DNA of 64,000 nucleotides, taken from positions 82,832,001-82,896,000 of the forward strand of contig NC_042999.1 in the NCBI RefSeq assembly GCF_006345805.1, written 5' to 3'. The position numbers and the translations under genes were made by a program. The DNA comes from Octopus sinensis. Lineage: Eukaryota. Shown in pieces: positions 50,095-63,284 of this stretch (the first letter of the stretch is position 1; each line of letters starts with the position of its first letter). The notes beneath the pieces are model-generated. The model was not told the DNA's origin. It saw only the letters and a list, made by a program, of their open reading frames with translations, and did no database searches.

Positions 50095-50545
50095 CAAAGA
50101 CGGGAGAGGTATGCAGTAATATATATCTGGAAGATCCTGGAAGGAATTGTGCCAAATGTTGGCATTGAAAGCTACACCAATGCCAGAACGGGACGACATT
50201 GCATAGTGCGTAAGATCCCAGCAATACCATCGCGCTTCAGGACCAGATGCTGCAACAGCCTGAGTTTCAGGGGCCCACAGCTTTTTAATATTCTCCCAGA
50301 GAGCCTGAGGAACCTGTAAAAAGTAGATGTAGGGGTTTAAAATCAAAGCTGGATCTTTTCCTGTTGAAAGTCCCAGATGAACTTATCTCACGGCAAGAGG
50401 TGCAAATGAGGGTAGCTACAACAAACTCCATTCTTCACCAAGTGCCACATATTAGAGGAGGCTCTCAGTAATAACAGTGTAGTAAAACGGCGGTGCATCA
50501 GCATGGCCGCAGCTCTGAGCTGAAACTAGAGGAAAAAAAAAAAGA
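50095..50545 (+). mobile_element. 3' end of a CR1-like LINE (ORF2 C-terminus and 3' UTR)
   Basis: QRRERYAVIYIWKILEGIVPN...SLSFRGPQLFNILPESLRNL...KLDLFLLKVPD. The 3' UTR ends GGCGGTGCATCAGCATGGCCGCAGCTCTGAGCTGAAACTAG plus an A-run. Confidence 0.85.
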
Positions 50546-51704
50546 ATGCATTCAAAACGTTGTTATAGCCGTCTCCTTCAGTCTGGGGTATAAAAAAGAG
50601 TTGGCAGGTCAGCTTATTATATGTACAGTAATGGTATACTAAAATAACAATAATCCAGGTCAGTTATAACTACCTCTCTTAAAAACATCACAAAACTTCT
50701 GGAATGCACCTCGTGTGTGTGGCGACTTAATATTTCACTTTGGCGTAGCGACACTTATAGTCTGGTATTAGAACTCCATATACATATGTTTCTGAATTAA
50801 GTGTTTGTCAAGTGCAGAGTGTAATATGATTTTTTGAAGCTATAAAGTGACGCAGAAGCACTGAGCTTTGACTGGACTGTCTCTTATAGCAGAAACAGTT
50901 GTAAGCTAATGAAGTTCATTGCATAATTCGGATCCCTTTGTCATTTATTTAATATCATATATATATATATGGATAGATTTTATATATATGTGAATGTGTG
51001 TGTATAATAGAATACAAGTATAGAGAGGCAAACAACTGATATCAGTTTATATATTGAACATTACATATTTATACAACACTTAAGGAGAATCGAATGTGTA
51101 AAGGTGTTTAAATCACAGATCAGTAAAAGTTCCGCTAGGGGATGTTCATAACATACGATATACGCTAGTATACTCCAGGAATAGGCATAAGATGAGTCCA
51201 TAGTACTGATATAGTATAGTCGGGTTGGTAGAAGCAGGTCATCGAACTCATATCTGAAAAGAAAAGGACAGAAAAGGGAATGTTTGAAGATTTTTATTCT
51301 TTACAGCTGTTTCAAGAACAGATCTATAATTGGTACAGTTCTCTTACAAGTTGACTGCATCCAATATTTTACTGGCAGTCCATTCTATCTAGAAAGTGAG
51401 TTAGAACTTGCTAGGGAATGAATAGCTGAGGAGTGGTAGATATATAAAAAGCGAACACAAGGGAAGAAAGGTTAACATACATACATACACAGATATATAA
51501 ACTGGGAAAGTCTATAAAAGTTGCAGAGTTAGGATGAGGTAAGTGTCTATCCTTAAAATAATATATATATCATATCTACTATATACAATTCGCATGTATA
51601 CTTACCCATACACACACATATACATACGCACATACATATATGTAAACAAAGCTGCTCACCTCCGACCAGCCATCCATACACCTATCCATTCATCCAACCA
51701 GTAT

Positions 51705-52250
51705 TGCCAAAGAAAAATCTGAGAATAATATTCGTCATATTTTGTAACATATTCGATCTGAAACATGGAGCTTCATCAGAGTAAAGAAAAATACATAAAA
51801 AGAAAGGGAAAAGAAGAGCCTCAAGAATAGGAATGAAGGACTTTTACTCGATGGCCTGAAGCGTTACACTGCAGAATGGTATGATTCAAATATATTTAAG
51901 CCTCCTTTCCTGTTTTCGAGGCTCTTCTTTTCTTATAGTCTATGTACTTTTCTTCACTCTGATGAATCTCCATGTTCCAGATCGGATGTGTTACAAAATA
52001 TGACGAATATTATTCTCAGAATTTTCTTTGGCAACACTGCAGGACATTGGAAGCAGAAACGTCTGTTAAATGGGATAATGTTTTGTATTAAAATATAATT
52101 AACGATGGTAGTCAGATGTTGTTGATCATGATTTCTCCATTTCCTGCTTAATTTAAATTCGAGTCCTGATAAACCCTTGTTTATCTTTGTTATTGCCTGT
52201 ATCCTATGAGCATAATATGCTTGCATGTGTATGCACAGAGTTAACATAAG
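51705..52250. mobile_element. Fold-back repeat (arms 51705-51832 and 51908-52035) with CTGATGA cores; possible Penelope-like end
   Basis: Arms are reverse complements. The adjacent minus-strand ORF 51954-52247 (INKGLSGLEFKLSRKW) weakly resembles PLE C-termini. Confidence 0.5.
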
Positions 52251-52439
52251 TAATTTATACCGGTAGTAAAACGGATATTCTTATGCCTCAGACGGTTATT
52301 CCAACCGCTAACTACTAACCTATATTTATTATGCGTAATATATATATATATATAATTTAACAAATAAAACATATGCATACATACATATATGTACATACCT
52401 ACATCTATATGTATATATACATGCTATATATATATATAT

Positions 52440-52611
52440 ATATGAGTACAGGACACCACAAATAAACGTAGAACACAACGAGAAACGAAAACATAAAATC
52501 AAACAAGGAAACGGACTTTTTTTAACAACGAAAAAACAGAGTACAAGACAAACAATACAAGGAATATTCCCCTTCATCAGCTGACCCTGGTTCGACTCAA
52601 TGCGTGTTTCG

Positions 52612-52615
<4 letters not shown>
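52440..52615 (-). repeat. Family E repeat copy
   Basis: Minus strand CAGCTGATGAAGGGGAATATTCC...GTCCTGTACTCATATAT matches 2420-2570. Confidence 0.8.
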
Positions 52616-52708
<93 letters not shown>

Positions 52709-52739
52709 CGTAATACATACATACACACACACACACACA

Positions 52740-52962
52740 CGAGGGTGTCCTGAAAAGTTCTTGGCTTAGGGTAAAAAATAAAAAAACAATACAGGAGGAT
52801 CAGTTAATTATAATTTATTAACATATTCCCTTCTCAAATTCACAAATTTATTGCAGCGGTTTTTCAGTTGTTCTAAGCCCTGTAAAAGAACTCGGAACGT
52901 TGGGCCTTCAGCTACGTCTTTCGTGACACCCTTAAAGCCAGGAACTATTCAGCACCCCCTTG
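52740..52962. mobile_element. Mariner-type MITE
   Basis: Imperfect ~28-bp TIRs CGAGGGTGTCCTGAAAAGTTCTTGGCTT / AAAGCCAGGAACTATTCAGCACCCCCTTG followed by TA. Confidence 0.8.
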
Positions 52963-53060
52963 TATATATACATATACATACATACACACACATACATACA
53001 TCCATACCTACATACATAATACATGCAAACATACAAACATACATACATACATACATACAT

Positions 53061-53110
<50 letters not shown>

Positions 53111-53111
<1 letters not shown>

Positions 53112-53704
53112 TGTTTCTTTATTAGCCACACAGGGCTGCACACAGACAGGACAAAATTACAAGGTAGAGCTTTTTTTTTGGTGGGGGGTAAAAGAAGGGG
53201 GTTTGGTTTTCGATCAAAAGGGATCGTAAATGGAAAGAAAGAGGACAAAAAAAGGGGGAGGGATAAAATAAAATTTAAAAAAAAGGGGAGGGTGAGGAAG
53301 AAAAAAGGGGAGGTGAGGAAAAAAAATTGATCAATAGGGATCGTTATCACAGAAATGTCAATATGAAGTGTAAAGGGGAGGACAGGTGAGGTTTACCCGT
53401 GGAAAGAAAAGCCTACGGAAAAGACCACGGTAACGTCGGTCAATGAAGTCACATGTTATATTTCTTTTTTTTTTTTTTTGCAAATAAGCAACTCTGTATT
53501 AATTTTTACGGTTCATAGAATCATGGTCAAGGTGGCTTCGTCATTCATACGTGCCATCCCTGCTACGTTCACCCATCTTTTTTTTAAACATTCACTAGAC
53601 AAAACTTGCCTCTCTACTCTCACTTTCCTCTTCAAGTGATACTTGAAGAAGTTGATGAGAGATTGACCAGAGAGGAAAGTGTTTGTCTCTAATCCTTTCA
53701 AACA
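53111..53704 (-). mobile_element. 3' end of an L1/Tx1-like LINE embedded in (GACA)n/(GATA)n
   Basis: [57 protein letters not shown], 3' UTR, then AATAAA and a microsatellite. Confidence 0.85.
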
Positions 53705-53910
<206 letters not shown>

Positions 53911-54334
53911 TAATAATACACTTAATTAATAATGCGGTAGCAGATTATTTGAAAGGTATGTAATGTACACGTATTTTGATAAACATACACTTTTTTTTTT
54001 TATTTTTTGCTTCACTGAGTAAAGTAAACAAAGTGGTTACACCATAGATTTTTATCTCTCCGGTTTTGTTTACATTGACAGCGAGGCTAAAAAAGTGTGT
54101 TTATCAAAATGGATATACCTTACATTGCATATAATAAAGAGGTAGATAAATACAGAGATAGATAAATATTGGTATATATATTTATTAAAAACTGGGCGAA
54201 CTGTTAAATAAAATATGAAGTAAAATAATGAATGATTAAAGGAAGGTATGAGTGCTAATGAAAAATAATAAGAGTGAGTGTGTGAGTGTGTAGGTGAGTG
54301 AATGAGTGATCAAGCGAATGAACAAATGAGTTAG

Positions 54335-54680
54335 AGAGAGAGAGAGAGAGAACGGGAGAGAGTGCGGGAGAGAACGAGAGAAAGGGAGAGAGAGTGAACG
54401 AGAGAAAGGGAGAGAGAGAGTGAGAAAGAGAGAGAGAGAGAGAACGAGAGAAAGGGAGAGAGAGAGAAAGAAAGAAAGAAAGAGAGAGAAAGAACGAGAG
54501 AAAGAACGAGAGAAAGGGAGAACGAGAGAAAGGGAGAGAGAGAACGAGAGAAAGGGAGAGAGAATGAAAGAGAGAAAGGGAGAGAGAGAGAGAGAACGTG
54601 AGAAAGGGAGAGAGAGAGAGAGTGAACGAGAGAAAGGGAGAAAAAGGGAACGAGAGAAAGGGAGAGAGAGAGTGAGTGTT
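54335..54680. repeat. Purine-rich minisatellite of GAACGAGAGAAAGG(GA)n units
   Basis: About ten variable-length units. Confidence 0.9.
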
Positions 54681-55939
54681 AATGGGTTAGAGAGAGTGTG
54701 TGTGTGTGTGTGAATGATTGTGAGTGATCGAGTGAGTGCGTTACAAAGCGTGTGCGTGTTTGTGTGTCAGTGAACGAGTGAATGAGTGAGTTAAAGAGTG
54801 TGTATGTGTGTATAAGTGAGTGAGTTAGAGAGTGAGTGAGCGAACGAGGGTGTGAGTGAATTAGTGAGTGAGTGACTTAGAGAAAGAGAGTGAGTACCTA
54901 AGTTAACAAAGCGAGAGAAGCGCGTGCATGTTTATAAAGAAAAGAAGAGAGGCAATAAGAAAAACAGACGGGGAGGAGGAGGAGGAGACGTGATAGACAG
55001 AGAAAGAGTAATAGTAAGAGAAGAATAACTGGGTAAAATTTTAAAGTCAAAGAAAAACGAGAAGAGAGTTGATGAAAGACAGAAAAGGGAACGCAAGTTA
55101 GATAGGGTGAAAGACAGGCAGTGAGAGAAAGAGAGAAAATGTGTGTTTAAGACGGATAGGTAAGATATTTAAAATTGTAAACAAACTATGACGTCATGTG
55201 AGGCTGACACTCTCCTATCTCATTTCTTTCTTACTCTCTCGCTCTCACAGACATATACACTCGTACATACACATTCAGGAATGCGCTTTCACATACAGAT
55301 TCATATAGCGACAGGTATACAATCGTGCAGACTTGCTTCAATACACATGTGCAAGTACTTAAACTATATATTTCTTTTGTATAATAAGAGATATATTGGT
55401 GCCGGTGTATTTAGACAAACGTAGAAAAAGAACATTTAAAATATATATTGCAGAATTAATAATAATAATAATAGTGATTAAAGCTGGAGTAAGGAGGAAA
55501 CATGAGATTCGCTTCGGTTTGAAACTCCCTCTCTCTCTCTCTCTCTCTCTCATTCACTCACTCTCGTTCTACACACACACACACAAATTCTTCATGAAAA
55601 CTCAAACTAACAGGTATGTCTTCTGAGCGCTCAAATAGGTGTACCACCAAAATTCCAGTTAGAACAGCGGCTGAGGTTGTGGTTTGTGTGATTGCTTTGT
55701 TCAAACACAGCTATAGGTGGCATCTCTTTGCGTCTGTAGGTATAGGTTAAAGTAGTGAGGAAAGGCAAACAATTAGTCTAGGTTGGACAAGAACATTTAA
55801 TTTCATTTAATCCAATCTAAATTCAATTTCATTTAATTTAATCTAAATCTTAGATTGAATTAAATGAAATTAAGCGTCCTTGGCCTGCATTACCTAATTG
55901 TTTGCCTTTCTTCACTACTTTAGTATATATATATATAGG

Positions 55940-56100
55940 AAGAATTCCCGAAAAAACAAAAGACGAAGACAGGTGGTGTAGACAACAAACAGATGAATTA
56001 GTTTAACGCTCGGGAAGTGAAAAAGTCTTTAACGTTTCAAACGGACGCTATTCCACAGAAAGAAACAAGGAGAGAAAATAAAGAATGTGTAGTGGCTAGC
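55940..56100 (-). mobile_element. PLE-like pseudo-LTR with hammerhead-like motif (56027-56062)
   Basis: Minus strand CTTT-CTGTGGA-A-TAGC-GTCC-GTTT-GAAAC-GTT-AAAG. Homologous to 56795-56940. Confidence 0.65.
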
Positions 56101-56115
56101 GATCTATCATGGCAA

Positions 56116-56190
<75 letters not shown>

Positions 56191-56191
<1 letters not shown>

Positions 56192-56764
56192 GTCTGAAAG
56201 GATTGGAGACAAACACTTTCCTCTCTGGTCAATCTCTCATCAACTTCTTCAAGTACCACTTGAAAAGGAAAGTGAGAGTAGAGAGGCAAGTTTTGTCTAG
56301 CGAATGTTTTAAAAAAAGATGGGTGAATGTAGCAAGAATGGCACGTATGAATGACGAAGCCACCTTGAGCATAGTCCTATGAACCCAGAAATCGAAAACA
56401 GAGAGTTGCTTATTTGCACAAAAAAAAAAAAAAAAAAAAAGAAATATAAAATGTGACTTCATTGACCGAGGTTACCGTGGTCTTTCGTAGGCTTTTCTTT
56501 CCACGGGTAACCTCACCTGTCCCCCCTTTACACTTCATATTGACATTTCTGTGATAACGATCCCTATTGATCAATTTTTTTTTTTTTTTTTTTTTCCCTC
56601 TCCCCCTTTTTTTTAACCCCCCTTTTTTTGTCCTCTTTTACGATCCCTTTTGATCGAAACTCCCCTTCCTTTTTTTTTTTTTTTTTTTTTAAACCTTCAA
56701 AAGAAAAGCTCTACCTTGTAATTTGTTCTATCTGTGTGCAGCCCTGTGGCTAATAAAGAAACAT
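56191..56764 (+). mobile_element. 3' end of an L1/Tx1-like LINE embedded in (TATC)n
   Basis: Inverted homolog of 53111-53704. Ends GCCCTGTGGCTAATAAAGAAACAT then (ATCT)n. Confidence 0.85.
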
Positions 56765-56794
56765 ATCTATCTATCTATATATATATATATATGC

Positions 56795-56935
56795 ATACTT
56801 CTTTCTGTGTTCCTTTCTGTGGAAGAGCGTAGGCTCGAAACGTAAAATACTTTTTCAATTCCTGAGCGTTATACTAATACATCTGTTTGTTTTCTACACC
56901 ACCTGTCTTCGTCTTTTGTTTTTTTCGTGAATTCT

Positions 56936-56940
<5 letters not shown>
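56795..56940 (+). mobile_element. PLE-like pseudo-LTR with hammerhead-like motif (56813-56848)
   Basis: CTTT-CTGTGGA-A-GAGC-GTAG-GCTC-GAAAC-GTA-AAAT, with a perfect 4-bp helix II. Confidence 0.65.
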
Positions 56941-56973
<33 letters not shown>

Positions 56974-57844
56974 CGATCTATCATGGTGAATGTATATATA
57001 TATACATATATACATACATATATATATATAACAGAAAACTGGAAGTTTTTATCCCCTATTACATATGCTTCATTACTAATAGGGGTTACGTAGGTATGCA
57101 TGTTGAAAAATATGCAATATTATTATGGTTCTTCAGACCCAAAATTAATATTACAATGGATTTTAAGCTACAATGAATAGAAAAAACTTTTGAGTACCGG
57201 AACATGCAAATGTGCTTCATGAGAGACACAGCATGAATTATAAGCCTGTCTACATAATATGATGCGTGTATGTGTGTGCGTGTGTGTATTAGGTACGTAG
57301 CATAATGGTTCTGATGATGGGCTAACAATCATTAAGGTCATGGGATCGATTCCTACATCTGGCGACGCGTTGTGACCGTGACAAAGGTACATTATTTCAC
57401 ATTATTTACACAGCAGAAAATTTGAAGTAGCCGACTCTCTTCCTCCAGCAGTTGTATACTCGATGTTCCGCTGAGTAAAGTGTAGGTGGGCCAAGAAAGT
57501 GTCTATGTCTCCTTGAAGTTACATAGGCACAAGACACCAGGTTATGCAAACTTACGAGTAACAGCGAAGCTAAGAAGAGAACAAAACGAATGATGACCAA
57601 ATGCAGTGTTACGGCTCAACATAAAATGTGTATCTTTCGACTAAGGACAAGACAAGGATTATGCTAGCACAGAGGTATAAAGAATACAAGACATTTATCA
57701 AAATACCACTTGAAGCAAATGTAGACGTGGGGTCAGTTTGAAATTTGCAAGAAGAAAGGATGAAAGAGAAGCATGGTTGAAGAAAATCATTTCACAAAAC
57801 ATCACCCCTTTTATGCAGAGTCGTGAAACTATGTATTTACCTTT

Positions 57845-58225
57845 CACTCTTTTATTTCTTTCAGTCATTAGACTGTGGCCATACTGGAGCACTACCTTGA
57901 GGAATTTTAACCGAATGAATCGACCCCAGTACTTTTTTTTCCTTTTTTAAAGCCTGGTACTTATTTTATCAATTACTTTTTGCCGAACCTCTAAGTCATG
58001 AGAACATAAACACACCAGCACTTGTTGTCAAGTTGTGGCGGAGGAGACATAGAGACAAACACACACACATGATGGGCTTCTTTCAGTTTCTGTCTACCAA
58101 ATTCACGCTCAAGACTTTGGTCGACCCGAGTCTATAGTAGAAGACACTTGCCGAAGGTGCCACGTAGTGGGACTGAACCCTGAACCATGTGGTTAGTGAA
58201 CAATCTCCTTACCACACAGTCACAT
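57845..58225 (-). mobile_element. SINE family B, near full length
   Basis: Reverse complement of 16040-16435. Confidence 0.88.
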
Positions 58226-58249
58226 CTGCGCTTATATATTGCTTATCAT

Positions 58250-58620
58250 TTGTTTCATTCTTGGCACAAAACATTATCTGCAAGGAATTGAGTTTTAACT
58301 CTTTGTAAAATATTCTGCATTTCAATGCAAGCTGCAGAGAAATGAATAGTGAACAAGTACAGGAAATGATAGCAAACCGAAAGCAAGACAGTAGCCCCTT
58401 TCAAGATATTATTCCAGTTCACATCATCTTCTAAGAGCAATCTTCTCTAGCTAGCTTTATGGTACGTTGCACAAACATATCAATCAACTGTTTTGAGATC
58501 ATGGAACGTGGTTGAATCATAAATATTGCGTGGGCACTGTCTGAGGTTTAAATATGTAATTACAATTCTTCAGTGAAAAAGAACCATATTTCCATACACG
58601 TTTTCATGGTGTTCATTCTG
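58250..58620 (-). pseudogene. Decayed Helitron Rep/helicase fragment
   Basis: TTFHDLKTVD*YVCATYHKAS*RRLLLEDDVNWNNILKGA...FLADNVL matches the Helitron motif TSFEDLKTV.G..C.TYREAC..LGLLEDD..W. Confidence 0.65.
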
Positions 58621-58821
58621 ATTTTTGTACACCATTTCTCATTCTTTACAACGGTTTTCACTATCCAGTTGTTGAATCTTTTGTGTAGCTGCACTTTTTG
58701 AAATTATAAAATTAAGTGAAAATTTTTTAATTTGGTGTATTGATGTAATTTTCCACACTGAATCTCAGGGTCTAATTCACTTGTTCCAGAAAAATTTAGA
58801 AAAGAAAGCTACAGAGGTTTA

Positions 58822-58939
58822 AATCATCATCATCATCATTGTTTAACGTCCGCTTTCCATGCTAGCATGGGTTGGACGATTTGACTGAGGACTGGCAAAC
58901 CAGATGGCTGCACCAGGCTCCAATCTGATCTGGCAGAGT
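58822..58939 (-). mobile_element. SINE family D 3' fragment (CCATGCTAGCATGGAAAGCGGACGTTAAAC(AATGAT)n tail)
   Basis: Near-identical to 59912-60025. Confidence 0.85.
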
Positions 58940-59479
58940 CATTTTTACCCAGTCAGAAAACAGGATTTGGAAGCTGTCTTTTAGTGCATGACTGCACTTG
59001 TCAAACTGTAAATGATTGAAATACTGGAGAAACTCTGCTTTACATATGCTATATAACGCCTCATAACCTTTTCATTTTTTTTTTTTAATTTTCAGAGAAG
59101 TTTTGCAAATTTGTAATCTGCACAAAGGAATTCATATGATTAACCAAAAACCAAAAAAAACTTTGGTGTGTGATTTAAGGCCTATTTGGCTGTTATTTTA
59201 GGCACGTCTCACAACCACCTAATACCTCATGTTTTAAGCATTTAATAAGTGAAAAATGACCATGTGGCTTGACAAGACAGCAACATAGGGGTAAGCAGCT
59301 TGGTAACAACCCGACTTGTTACTATGGAAGCAGGCCCCTATATGTCTGTGGCTTTTGACTGGCTAAAATTATCCAAAATTTATTGATTTATGGTGAAAAT
59401 TAATTTCTTGCCAATAATTACCATACCAAATTATACATCAATTTACCAAATATGAAATCAATTGGAATAAAATTGAAGA

Positions 59480-61600
59480 AATTGGAAAGTGACAGCCAAA
59501 CGGAGAAGATCCCAGTTGTTTGGCATGAGTATTTCCATTTTCTCAAGGAACTCAACTTTCTCCACATTTTTCATTTTGGCTTAAAGTCATTACAAATGCA
59601 AGCATATATTCAGTTACATTCACAATAGTATTTATGCTTTCATCGATTGTTTCCAAATTTGTGTCAAACCAGGCTGTAATTCCTAACATTGTTTCTGTTG
59701 GATGCTGTGACTGGCGACAGTTCGCTCTGCACAACACAATTTTTTTCTGGTATTGAACTCATTTTGTGGTTTAACTTGATAATAGCTGTTGACACCACCT
59801 GCCATATTCTCTTGACATTTTCAAGAAGGAACACAGATCCTGTTGGCTGTGCTCTTGCTTTCAAACATTTCTCCTCATCCCTCTTTTCAAATTCAATCAG
59901 GTCAAAGTACATTATCATCATCATCGTTTAACGTCCACTTTCCATGCTAGCATGGTTGGACGATTTGACTGAGGGCTGGCGAACCAGATGGCTGCACCAG
60001 GCTCCAATCTTGATCTGGCAGAGTTTCTACAGCTGGATGCCCTTCCCAATGCCAACCACTCCGAGAATGTAGTGGTTTCTTTTACATGCCACCGGCATGG
60101 GGGCCAGTCAGGCGGTACTGGCAACAACTTCACTCGAATCTTTTTACACATGCCACCGGCACAGGTGCCAGTAAGGCGACGCTGGTAATGATCACGCTCA
60201 AATGGTGCCTTTTATGTGTTACCGGCATGGAAGCCAGTTAGCTGCTATGGTAACAATCACTCTCAGATAGTACTCTTAGCACCCTACTAGCATGGGGCAC
60301 AAGTGCCAGTAAGGCGATGCTGGTAACGATCACACTAAAATGGTGACCTTTATGTGCCACTGGCACGGAAGCCAGTTAGCTGCTCTGTCGACGATCACAC
60401 TCGTATGGTGCTCTTTACACCCCGCTAGCATGGATGCCAGTCATCGAATTTGATTTTGATTTTGATATTTCAGCCAGTGCATCCTATATGTCTTTGGTAG
60501 ATTGTTGTACTTGCATAACATCCACTTTTCAAACTACATTGAAATACAAATTTTCATATGTTCATTAAAAATCCCACTTGTGTTGTCACATTTGTTGTTA
60601 TTTCTCGGCAGAAAATGCCAAAATCAGTAGCACACCATGCTACATATAATTTTGAATCACCATTCATTGCTACATAACCAACTCTTAGTCAAGGAGCAAC
60701 ATAGTAGGTTCCTGCCTCAACTGAACAATCTTGCCTGGATTTCGCTCTAAGAGCCACAGCCAAATCATATCACTATATGATTTGGCTGTATGGCCAGCTC
60801 CTCGAGGGAATGGAATACATACATAAATGTTTACAGACCAATCAGTATTAGCTGGTGTGTATCAATTAAAGATGGCAAACATTAAAGAAAAGTTATACAA
60901 GCTTCTTGCCAAATTATAATTCAAAGATTCTAGAATGTCTAGCCCATGGTTATAAAAACTGACAATTTGAATGCCATGCTGGAGTCATCTCAATTTCCAC
61001 ATGGATCCTTGTCACTTTGTTCTGTGAGATGTGCTTGCATCTGCTTACATTTAACAAAAGTAAATCGCTCTTGTGTTGTAATATTGTCATACATACATTA
61101 TTCTATCTAATTATCTCCCCTATTTCCTCTTATGACTATAAGAAAACAGACACATGCAACATAAAAGCATATTAAACTAGAACATTCTCTTTATCTTCTT
61201 ATAGAAATGTTCTTCACTACCATATAAATATACTCAGTACATATGTCAATATACAACTGTTTAATATAATAAATGTATGGAAACATATTTATTGTATGGA
61301 AGCACATTTATTTGTGTCTTCATTCTTGTCTACAGACATGACTAGTTAACTAAATTAGCAAAAATAATTTTTGGTTTTTGGTTATAATTATATTATTATT
61401 ACATTGGGACTATCATGTTTTCAATGAATCTTTTGTCATACTTGTCTCTTTTTCTACATAATCATCATCACCTTTCATTCTTCTTCCTCTCTTCCACTTC
61501 TGCCTCCTCCTCGTCCTCCTTCCAATTTACATCAACTGAAACACTAGCTCCAATTGAGAACAATAATATAACTATGAAATAAAAAAAGCCACAAACAATA
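59480..61600 (-). pseudogene. Possible decayed piggyBac-like transposase interrupted by a SINE
   Basis: Ordered minus-strand pieces: acidic DVNWKEDEEEAEVEE, VFITMG, YTP...IPFPRG, AKSYSDMIW, NMAGGVNSYYQV, IVNVTEYML. Many stops, and TTAA termini were not found. Confidence 0.3.
59912..60450 (-). mobile_element. SINE family D with internal 60-70-bp tandem units
   Basis: Tail as at 58822, block CTGGATGCCCTTCC, six diverged GCCACCGGCA...GCCAGT units. Confidence 0.85.
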
Positions 61601-61854
61601 TTCATGAACCTCAACCGAATACTCCTTTAGGATAGTTTTCCTGCTCTTACTCTATTACACAAGACCTACACTGGAATCACAAGACTCCCACATCACAAGA
61701 TGACTCAAAACTTTGTGCATTGAGCATTATTTCAAACATTCTTTCTTTCATATGATACTGATGTCTCATGAGATTGCTATTACCTTACAAGATGAAGCAA
61801 TCATCATAAATGGTTGTAGTTTAATTTTTAACTGAAATGACATATAGCAACTAA

Positions 61855-62105
61855 AAAGTTCCTTCTTGTGTCATACAAACTCATAAGGGCCAGTTTCCTG
61901 GTTTCCATAGCTATTATATTTCCAACCACGTTGGGAGGCCAGCCCATCACAGGATTACTCATTTTTGCCTGCTGAGTTGACTGGAGCAATGTGAAATGAA
62001 ATGGTTTACCCAAGAACATAACATGTCGCCTGGTCCAGGAATCAAAATCACAATCTTACAATCATGAGACAAACACTTTAACCACTAAGCCATGTGCCTC
62101 CACAA
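61855..62105 (-). mobile_element. SINE family C copy
   Basis: Homology to 36660-36908. Confidence 0.8.
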
Positions 62106-62489
62106 CATAGCAACTACATGTGTAATATGAAGTGTATGAGTGGACAGTGCACAAGCAAGACTCAGAGCAATGTGGAAGACAAAGGACTGCTATAGTGGAC
62201 CTGTGATTAAGGTGAATAATGGCAGTTGAGTAAAGAAGTGCCAAATTCCACAAAGATGACAAGTAATCAGACATTTTGTTGGAGAAGAGCATCTTCAGAT
62301 GTTGGGCTTCACAGAAGAGATGACAAAGAACCAAGACTTCTTGTAATTTGGTGTACTTGAGAAGACACATCAAGCTAAGTAAAATAATGGTCATCACATA
62401 CATAGAAGCATGTCCTTTAGGGCCATGCCCTTCACCCCATCTCTCAACCAAGATCTCTTTGCCTTGTGGGCTCACATGTGCAAGTTATA

Positions 62490-62740
62490 TGCAAAAGCAC
62501 CTGTGTCAGTGCCATATAAAAGCACCCATGCTGGTGCCACCTAAAAGTGTTTGTGCCAGTGCCACATAAAGAGCACCCAGTGCACCTTGTAAAGTAGTTG
62601 GCATTAGGAAAGGCATCCAGCCATTGAACCCATACTGAAACAAACAATTGGAACCTGGGCAGCTCTCTGGCTGACCAGTTCTTGTCAAACCATCTAACCC
62701 ATGCCTGCATGGAAAGCAGTTGCATCATAATGATGAAGAC
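62490..62740 (+). mobile_element. SINE family D copy
   Basis: TTGGCATTAGGAAAGGCATCCAGCC...AACCCATGCCTGCATGGAAAGCAG. Confidence 0.8.
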
Positions 62741-62799
62741 GAGGATATACATATATACAACCAAGCAAACTAGTTCATTAAGAAACTCTCTATTACTGT

Positions 62800-63020
62800 G
62801 TGTGTATGTTTGTGTGTCTGTGTTTGTCCTCCCAACATCACTTGGCAACAAATGGTGGTGTGTTTACATCCACGTAACTTAGCGGTTTGGCAAAAGAGAC
62901 CGATAGAATAAGTACTAGGCTTACAAAGAATAAGTCCTGGGGTCGATTTACTTGACTAAAGGTCGTGCTCCAGCATGGCCGCAGTCAAAATGACTGAAAC
63001 AAGTAGAAGAGAAAAGAGAG
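62800..63020 (+). mobile_element. SINE family B, 3' half
   Basis: Matches 16220-16430. Confidence 0.9.
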
Positions 63021-63284
63021 TACTGTGACCACAATCTCTTTTTTTCCTAATACACACACACACACACACACACTTACTACACATCCCCTTTTTCTGCTCC
63101 ACTATCCTGTTCTGTCTTGTATTCACTTTGAACCTAGACCTCTTCTGTCTGTCTGTCTGTCTCTCTCTCTTTCTCTTTCTCTCTCTCCAAGTGGGCAAGC
63201 CATGTATTCATCTCTTCAGCAAGACACCTGCTCCTTGTCCCTCTATTATACCAACTCAGTTAAGGGCTGTTATCTTGCAGGTAC

